DNA of 64,000 bases from Candidatus Dojkabacteria bacterium (GTDB taxonomy: Bacteria; Patescibacteriota; Dojkabacteria; SC72): positions 5,036 to 69,035 of the forward strand of contig JBMNPD010000002.1 in the NCBI GenBank assembly GCA_050943415.1, in the 5' to 3' direction. Shown here piece after piece: positions 57,975 through 64,000 of the stretch (the stretch's first letter is position 1; each line of letters opens with the position of its first letter). Position numbers and translations under genes: made by a program. The notes under the pieces are model-generated. The model saw only the letters and a program-made list of their open reading frames with translations. It had not been told where the DNA came from and did no database searches.

Positions 57975-60900
57975 TTATTTAGCCCACCAGAATGGTTGTT
58001 TCGTTCCATTGTTAAACCTTTTACCATGTCTCATAATTTGTTCCATTGTTGGACCATCAGAAGTATAGTCTAGTTGTACTTGTTGAATGATTGGAGATGT
58101 GTTGGTGTCTGTACTAGTGAGTACAGCTTTGTATTGGAAGAATCTGTAGCTATCTCCTAAGTTTATGGTTTCAGTAGATACAGTTGGTGTATATTCTTCT
58201 GTTGTTAGATTATCTATCCATATGTTTCTTCCTCCATATCCATTCTCTATTCGCATGGTTAGTAGGTTGGCTTGGTCTAGGTGTGTGTCTAGTGTTCTTC
58301 CTTTAATAGGGAGGTATTCTTTTTGCCACTTGAATACATTTGCTTTAGTAGTAAAGCCTCCTGTTGGAAAGGTTGAGATACTCTCCCACTCTTTTACTGT
58401 TATGGCTCCTGTATCTTTGTTTACACTTGTTACTATACCTTGGGCTATGTATTCACCTGTACTGTTTTGTTCTCTTACAATTATTTTTTCACCTGTGTAT
58501 ATATTACTTCCTTTATCTCTCATTCCTTTAGTTGTTCCATCTACTGTAAAGGAGGTATCTGTTGAATCAGATATGAGGTTAGAGTTATCTAACATAGCGC
58601 CAAACTCTATCTCAATGTTGTGTGTTCTTAGACCTACTTCATATGCTTGTCTAATTTCATCAGGAGTTCTTGCTATGTTAGAGATACGGACTTCATCGAT
58701 GAGGCCAGTGAAGGATTCTGTATTGCTACTTCCATATCTCCCTCCTATACGAAGGGGATCCGTAGTTACAGGAGATCCATATGCTGTTGTGTTTGAAGCT
58801 ACTAACACACCATTGATATATATTTTAAGCCCAGTAGAATCACCTGTGGCTACTGCGTGTGTCCATTGGTTAAGAGGAATAGTATTTGGAGAAGTAAGCA
58901 TGTTTGTAGCTCCTCTATCCAAAAGACGAATAGTTCCAGAAGTCTCGACTCTAAAACGGTATCCTGTATTATTTCCTTTGCTTATGAAGTTTGCTGATCT
59001 ATCAAAGTTACTAGGTTTTATCCATGCTTCTAAGGTAATAGCTGTAGGGTTTAAGCTAGTAGAATCTTTTATGGATATATATTCGTCATTTACAGCGTTA
59101 AAACTTCTTGCACCTCCTATTGATCCATCTGGTACATATATTGAACCTACTGGTATACCATCGTTACCGTATCCTGAACTATCTTTTATGAATGGACCAT
59201 TACCATCTATTTCATCTAAATACCAGAGACCTACTGTATTTGCATCTGGTTGATAGTTTGCATATGCACTTTTTCCTACTGTAGTAGATATATGTTCACC
59301 TACAGTATCACTAGCTATATATACAGGGAGAGATATTTTAGAAGAAAGATTTGTTGTTGGAAGAGTATGGTTTAGATGTATTAATTTAGGAGAGAAGTTT
59401 CTATCTATTCCTTGACCATATTCTGTTGATACTTCAGATGCGGTCAGAGCTCTGTTGTATACTTTTACCTCATCCAAGTAACCTTGATAATAGTATCGAT
59501 TAGACATAGTATCAGCTCCTAATCGAGTATTTGCAGTAGTAGAGACATAGCTGCCTGCATTTGTTGTAGATGTTTGTAACAAACCATTAACATATAGGTA
59601 TCTTCCTGAAGAATTTCTCACGACAGTTATATTCGTCCATGTATTTAATGGAGGAAGATATCCTGTATTCCACCTATTTGAACTTCCTCCAAAATCTAAT
59701 GTCAAAGAAGTTTTATTCAAAACAAACAATATTATTCCATTATTTACGGTAGTTCTACATGCAAATAAAGATATGTGTTGTTGATGAGTCCAAGAAGTAG
59801 GATATATCCACATCGATATGGTTATATTTTCTGAAAGAACATTGGGAGCTTGTATATAATCGCTAATACCATTAAAATTTCTTCCTTTCTCGATTCTTCC
59901 ATCAATTATTGTAGTACCTGTAGCTGTACCAGCGGTGTTGTTTATATAATCTCCTACAGATGTACCACTTACTTCATCCATGTCCCAATATGCAACTAAA
60001 CCTGTATTCTTTTTCTCAAAAGTTGTTTTTAATAACGAATATTCTTCCAATACTTCTTGAGGAGTAAGTACACGGTTATACATCTTTGCCTCATCTAGTT
60101 GTCCATTTAAATAATCAAAATTTCCTGCATTTGTTCCAAAATATGTATCTTTGTTTTCTCCTAATGCAAATGTTGAAGAAAATTCATTCTCAAGTACGCC
60201 GTCTACATATAACCTAGTTGTAGTTCCATCGTTAGTACCCGTAATTAAGTGCCAATTACCATCATTAACCGAAGTTTTACTCTCATCTACAGCTGAATTA
60301 TTTCCAGATCCATTATCAAAATCCATAAACACTTTACCTGTAGATGTGAATCTGTTTATGAAAAGGAGTAATCCTTGTGATTGAAACAACATAGCCTTTG
60401 ATGTAGTAGTAGTTTTCACCCAAATACTTGCACTCATAGAGGTCAGAGAAGAGAGATCTATTTGTGGAATTTGTACATAGTCACTACTCGTACCATTAAA
60501 TACCCTTGCACTATTTATACGCCCGTTAGGAGTAATTGTAGTACCAGTAGCAGTACCATCATTTGTACCTACAGAATCTGCTACAGTGTTCCCACTACTC
60601 TCATCGAATTTCCAATATGATATTAGCCCATCGTTTACAGTTGTTCTTATTCTATTTGACCTGTATGGTAATTCTTCAGCACCATTTATGTCAGACACTA
60701 TATTACTACTGTTATATGTTAGTGCATTTCTTTTATCTATACCTTCTAAATAGTCTAAAATAACTCTATCTTGTGTGAATACTTTGTTGTATATTTTAAC
60801 TTCGTCCATTTCTCCCTTATATAAAGCATCACTGCTTTTGTTACTTCTGCCTATGTAGTTACTTGTTCTAGTTACATTCGCTGGTAAATGTAAACTACCT

Positions 60901-63900
60901 TCTGTTAGTAATATTCCATCTCTATATATTTTTCCTGCACCTGAAGTGTCTATAGTGGCAGTATATAAATGCCATTCATTATTGATTATTCCATTTAGAG
61001 CAACTATTTGTTTTAGTTCTGTACCATTCCCTACTTCTAATCTCAAAGTGTCTGTTTCTCCCCATCTATCAAAAACAATATTACTATTATCTTGCTCTTC
61101 ACTTTCTGCAAGATTTACGAATCTTGTATTTATAGTAGATAGAGTCTCTTCTGCTGTATAGTTAGATAAAACCTCTTGAGCTGTTAATGCTCTGTTATAG
61201 ATACGAACTGTATCTAGAGTTCCATTAAGATAAGTGCCATTTCGGCATACATTCGTCGTAAGTTCGCGGTAACAACCAAAATACATGATACCAGTATTAG
61301 AAGTTAAAGCACTACCAAAACTTTTAGAAACCTTTTCTACTCCATTTAAATAGATCTTTACAATACCGTTCGACTTAGTTACTGCAATATGTTGCCACTT
61401 ATCTATTTCTAATCCAATATTATGATATCCGAAATCATCATAACTCCAGTAAGAACTATCTGCCCAACTGATAGTGTTATTAGATTTTATTAAAATGGAA
61501 TACTGCTGTCCCTTATGTACTACAGTATGGTTTTGTGAATTATTTAAATTTACCCAAAACTCTATTGATATGTCTCCAGTTATATTTGCTTTGTCTGAAT
61601 CTGCTAGACCTACAACATCATCTGATCCATCAAACATTAAAGCTCCCTGACCATTCTTCCTATTATCATATGTCCAACCACTACCTATAACTTTATCTTG
61701 ACCAGTAGTATCTGCAAAATCAGTTAAGGTTCCGTAACATTCAGTACTACAACTTCCTCCACTACTGGCAACTGTTCCACTAGTTTCGTTAAAATTCCAT
61801 TGTCCTACTAAACCTGTTGTACTGTAAGAAGCCTCTTCTACGGTAGGTTTAGCCCATAAATTGATGGTCATCCCAGTTGTGAAATCATTAAAACCTGATG
61901 GAAGAGTCACATAATCACTACTACCGTTAAAACTTCTCCCCTTGCCATACCTACCATCTACTATACTTGTTCCTGTAGCTGTCCCATTATTACCTGTTCC
62001 TGACACATCATTTACTGTAGTACCACTCTCTTCATCCATACTCCAATATCCTACTAATCCATCTTCTTCACTTTCATATAAACTTGTATTATCAAATGAT
62101 CTTAATGTACTCTTTGTAGTATTATCTTTCCATTCACTCCATGTACCATCATTAGGATTATTACTATTACCTCCTCTAATAGCATATTTAACAGCATTAG
62201 AATTATAATTAGATAATACTTCTGACGATGTTAAGGCTCTGTTGTAGATACGAACAGTATCTATTATTCCATTAAAAGCAATAGTACCGTCTTGTCTAGC
62301 TCCAATAGCAAGGTTGTATCCTGAAGCACCAATTGTACTGGTGATACTCTTTTCAAAAATTTTCTTATTATTAAGAAAAATATTCTCAACAGTACCATCA
62401 TAGGTTAAGACTGTGTGATACCACTTATTTATTTCTAAATTCTCTGTGGCACAATTCCAACCAATAGGGTTAAGAAATGCACATAATTGACCATTATATA
62501 TACTAATTCCATAAGAGCTATCCTTATCTAAAATATGGTTGTATCCACTCTTAGGAGGTGCAAGAAGCTTGAACCAAAGCTCTATAGCTCCCACCGTTAA
62601 ATTCAGATTAGAATTATGATTAACAACAACACGGTTACCTGTACCATTAAACATTAGAGCACCTTCTCCCCATCTCCTGTTATCATATGTCCAACCACTA
62701 CCTATTACTTTATCTTGACCACCAGTATCTGAAAAATTAGTTAATGTTCCATTACATGTACTACCACAACTACCTCCACTACTAGCTACTGTTCCACTTG
62801 TTTCATTAAAATTCCATTGAGCTACTAAACCTGTTGTACTGTAAGGAGTCTCTCCATCTCCTGTACTAACACCTGACACAGTAGAAGATATATCTACCTT
62901 AGATATACTCATCTCTGAATCTAGCACCCCAGATATATATTCACCTGAATGTTTACGTTTACCTTCATACATATATAATTTATATATTTCATCTGCACTT
63001 CTAGCTACATTGGATATCCTAATCTCATCTAGAGTACTGTTAAGATATTCACCTATACAAGTCGAGGGTTCACTATAACAACCAATATGCATAATGTTAG
63101 AAGTAGATGTTAAAGCACCACCAAAACTCTTAGAGACTTTCTCTACACTATTTAAATAAATTTTAACAACACCGTTTGATTTAGTTACTGCAATATGTTG
63201 CCACTTACCTATTTCTAATCCTATGTTATGATGTCCAAAATTATCATATGACCAATCAGAACTATCGGCCCAAGTAATTGTACTATTAGATAATATTTGA
63301 ATACTATACTGATGATCCTTATGTACAATATTTTGAGGACTAGTAGAAGGATTATGTTTTATCCAAAACTCTATTGATATATCATTCACGACATCTACTT
63401 TTGTAGAATCTTCTAAACGAATATAATCATTCTCCCCATCAAACTCATACGCTTTACCTATTCTTCCATCTGTACTAAGAGGCCATATATCTAATACATT
63501 CAATGCTGTAAAAAATGTAACCTCAGCTACAATAATATTATTTGCTGTAGGAGTAAAGTTCACCCATGTACTATTGTTATTATATTGCCAACTACCCCCA
63601 CTATATCTTACTGCTACAAAATGATCACCATTATTACCTTCCAAACCAGTTATACCTTGTCCAGAAAGAGACGGAGAATACATAATATATCCATTTCCTG
63701 TCTGACTATCTGTTACAGCAATACCATAGTTAATTGTTGGAGTATCAAGCCTAACACCATCTCGATTAATAATATGGCAATTAATATCGCCACCAGGACA
63801 TTCAATATCAATCTCTCCATTATTAGCTGCACCATTGTACCTATTAAGATAGAAAGTGAGATTAGAACTTTGTATACCGTAATTCATACCGTACAAAGTA

Positions 63901-64000
63901 GTAGTACCATGATTAGCATTGCTAGAAGAATCATTTACATTTTCGTCTAACTTCCAATATCCAACAGTATTCTCATCTATAATTGGTTTCTCTACACCCA
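57975..64000 (-). CDS. Giant LamG (ConA-like) repeat surface protein, 5' end beyond window
   Basis: Seven to eight modules GLV..W..DE..G...G.LD.VRIYNRAL; frame open from the window edge (GVEKPIIDENTVGYWKLDE...). Confidence 0.92.
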   Translation of the reverse strand, partial: GVEKPIIDENTVGYWKLDENVNDSSSNANHGTTTLYGMNYGIQSSNLTFYLNRYNGAANNGEIDIECPGGDINCHIINRDGVRLDTPTINYGIAVTDSQTGNGYIMYSPSLSGQGITGLEGNNGDHFVAVRYSGGSWQYNNNSTWVNFTPTANNIIVAEVTFFTALNVLDIWPLSTDGRIGKAYEFDGENDYIRLEDSTKVDVVNDISIEFWIKHNPSTSPQNIVHKDHQYSIQILSNSTITWADSSDWSYDNFGHHNIGLEIGKWQHIAVTKSNGVVKIYLNSVEKVSKSFGGALTSTSNIMHIGCYSEPSTCIGEYLNSTLDEIRISNVARSADEIYKLYMYEGKRKHSGEYISGVLDSEMSISKVDISSTVSGVSTGDGETPYSTTGLVAQWNFNETSGTVASSGGSCGSTCNGTLTNFSDTGGQDKVIGSGWTYDNRRWGEGALMFNGTGNRVVVNHNSNLNLTVGAIELWFKLLAPPKSGYNHILDKDSSYGISIYNGQLCAFLNPIGWNCATENLEINKWYHTVLTYDGTVENIFLNNKKIFEKSITSTIGASGYNLAIGARQDGTIAFNGIIDTVRIYNRALTSSEVLSNYNSNAVKYAIRGGNSNNPNDGTWSEWKDNTTKSTLRSFDNTSLYESEEDGLVGYWSMDEESGTTVNDVSGTGNNGTATGTSIVDGRYGKGRSFNGSSDYVTLPSGFNDFTTGMTINLWAKPTVEEASYSTTGLVGQWNFNETSGTVASSGGSCSTECYGTLTDFADTTGQDKVIGSGWTYDNRKNGQGALMFDGSDDVVGLADSDKANITGDISIEFWVNLNNSQNHTVVHKGQQYSILIKSNNTISWADSSYWSYDDFGYHNIGLEIDKWQHIAVTKSNGIVKIYLNGVEKVSKSFGSALTSNTGIMYFGCYRELTTNVCRNGTYLNGTLDTVRIYNRALTAQEVLSNYTAEETLSTINTRFVNLAESEEQDNSNIVFDRWGETDTLRLEVGNGTELKQIVALNGIINNEWHLYTATIDTSGAGKIYRDGILLTEGSLHLPANVTRTSNYIGRSNKSSDALYKGEMDEVKIYNKVFTQDRVILDYLEGIDKRNALTYNSSNIVSDINGAEELPYRSNRIRTTVNDGLISYWKFDESSGNTVADSVGTNDGTATGTTITPNGRINSARVFNGTSSDYVQIPQIDLSSLTSMSASIWVKTTTTSKAMLFQSQGLLLFINRFTSTGKVFMDFDNGSGNNSAVDESKTSVNDGNWHLITGTNDGTTTRLYVDGVLENEFSSTFALGENKDTYFGTNAGNFDYLNGQLDEAKMYNRVLTPQEVLEEYSLLKTTFEKKNTGLVAYWDMDEVSGTSVGDYINNTAGTATGTTIIDGRIEKGRNFNGISDYIQAPNVLSENITISMWIYPTSWTHQQHISLFACRTTVNNGIILFVLNKTSLTLDFGGSSNRWNTGYLPPLNTWTNITVVRNSSGRYLYVNGLLQTSTTNAGSYVSTTANTRLGADTMSNRYYYQGYLDEVKVYNRALTASEVSTEYGQGIDRNFSPKLIHLNHTLPTTNLSSKISLPVYIASDTVGEHISTTVGKSAYANYQPDANTVGLWYLDEIDGNGPFIKDSSGYGNDGIPVGSIYVPDGSIGGARSFNAVNDEYISIKDSTSLNPTAITLEAWIKPSNFDRSANFISKGNNTGYRFRVETSGTIRLLDRGATNMLTSPNTIPLNQWTHAVATGDSTGLKIYINGVLVASNTTAYGSPVTTDPLRIGGRYGSSNTESFTGLIDEVRISNIARTPDEIRQAYEVGLRTHNIEIEFGAMLDNSNLISDSTDTSFTVDGTTKGMRDKGSNIYTGEKIIVREQNSTGEYIAQGIVTSVNKDTGAITVKEWESISTFPTGGFTTKANVFKWQKEYLPIKGRTLDTHLDQANLLTMRIENGYGGRNIWIDNLTTEEYTPTVSTETINLGDSYRFFQYKAVLTSTDTNTSPIIQQVQLDYTSDGPTMEQIMRHGKRFNNGTKQPFWWAK

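Noticed and set aside
58165-59253. 362-aa + strand ORF
   Set aside because: Antisense shadow of the LamG gene, as are the other short opposite-strand ORFs inside housekeeping genes

Overview
Low-GC chromosomal segment of a Candidate Phyla Radiation bacterium, most consistent with Dojkabacteria/WS6 (inferred from gene content, including a form III-like RuBisCO); standard genetic code. The housekeeping backbone includes rpsB-tsf-frr, radC, topA, dprA, mreBCD-pbp2, murDCE, rpmG-trnW-secE-nusG-rplKA-rplJL, trpS, uvrA, proS, argS, comEA/comEC, 8 tRNAs, a probable 6S RNA and a giant LamG-repeat protein running off the right edge. It is interrupted by many small self-contained accessory cassettes. 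The most unusual part is 31.5-41.5 kb, with four ATP-grasp ligases, a 7TM protein and a DUF1704/MATCAP-like carboxypeptidase. These are interleaved with two tandem arrays of small genes whose non-coding frames (promoter plus a shared ~52-bp hairpin family) are far more conserved than the ORFs they carry. Also notable are two copies of a 269-270 bp symmetric element with fixed motif spacing next to tRNA-Arg genes, boxA+hairpin leaders on orphan genes, an S2 fused to an alpha-CTD-like domain, tRNA-Arg(GCG)/(UCG), and a comEC split at an A7 slippery run. All calls are by eye; no searches were run.
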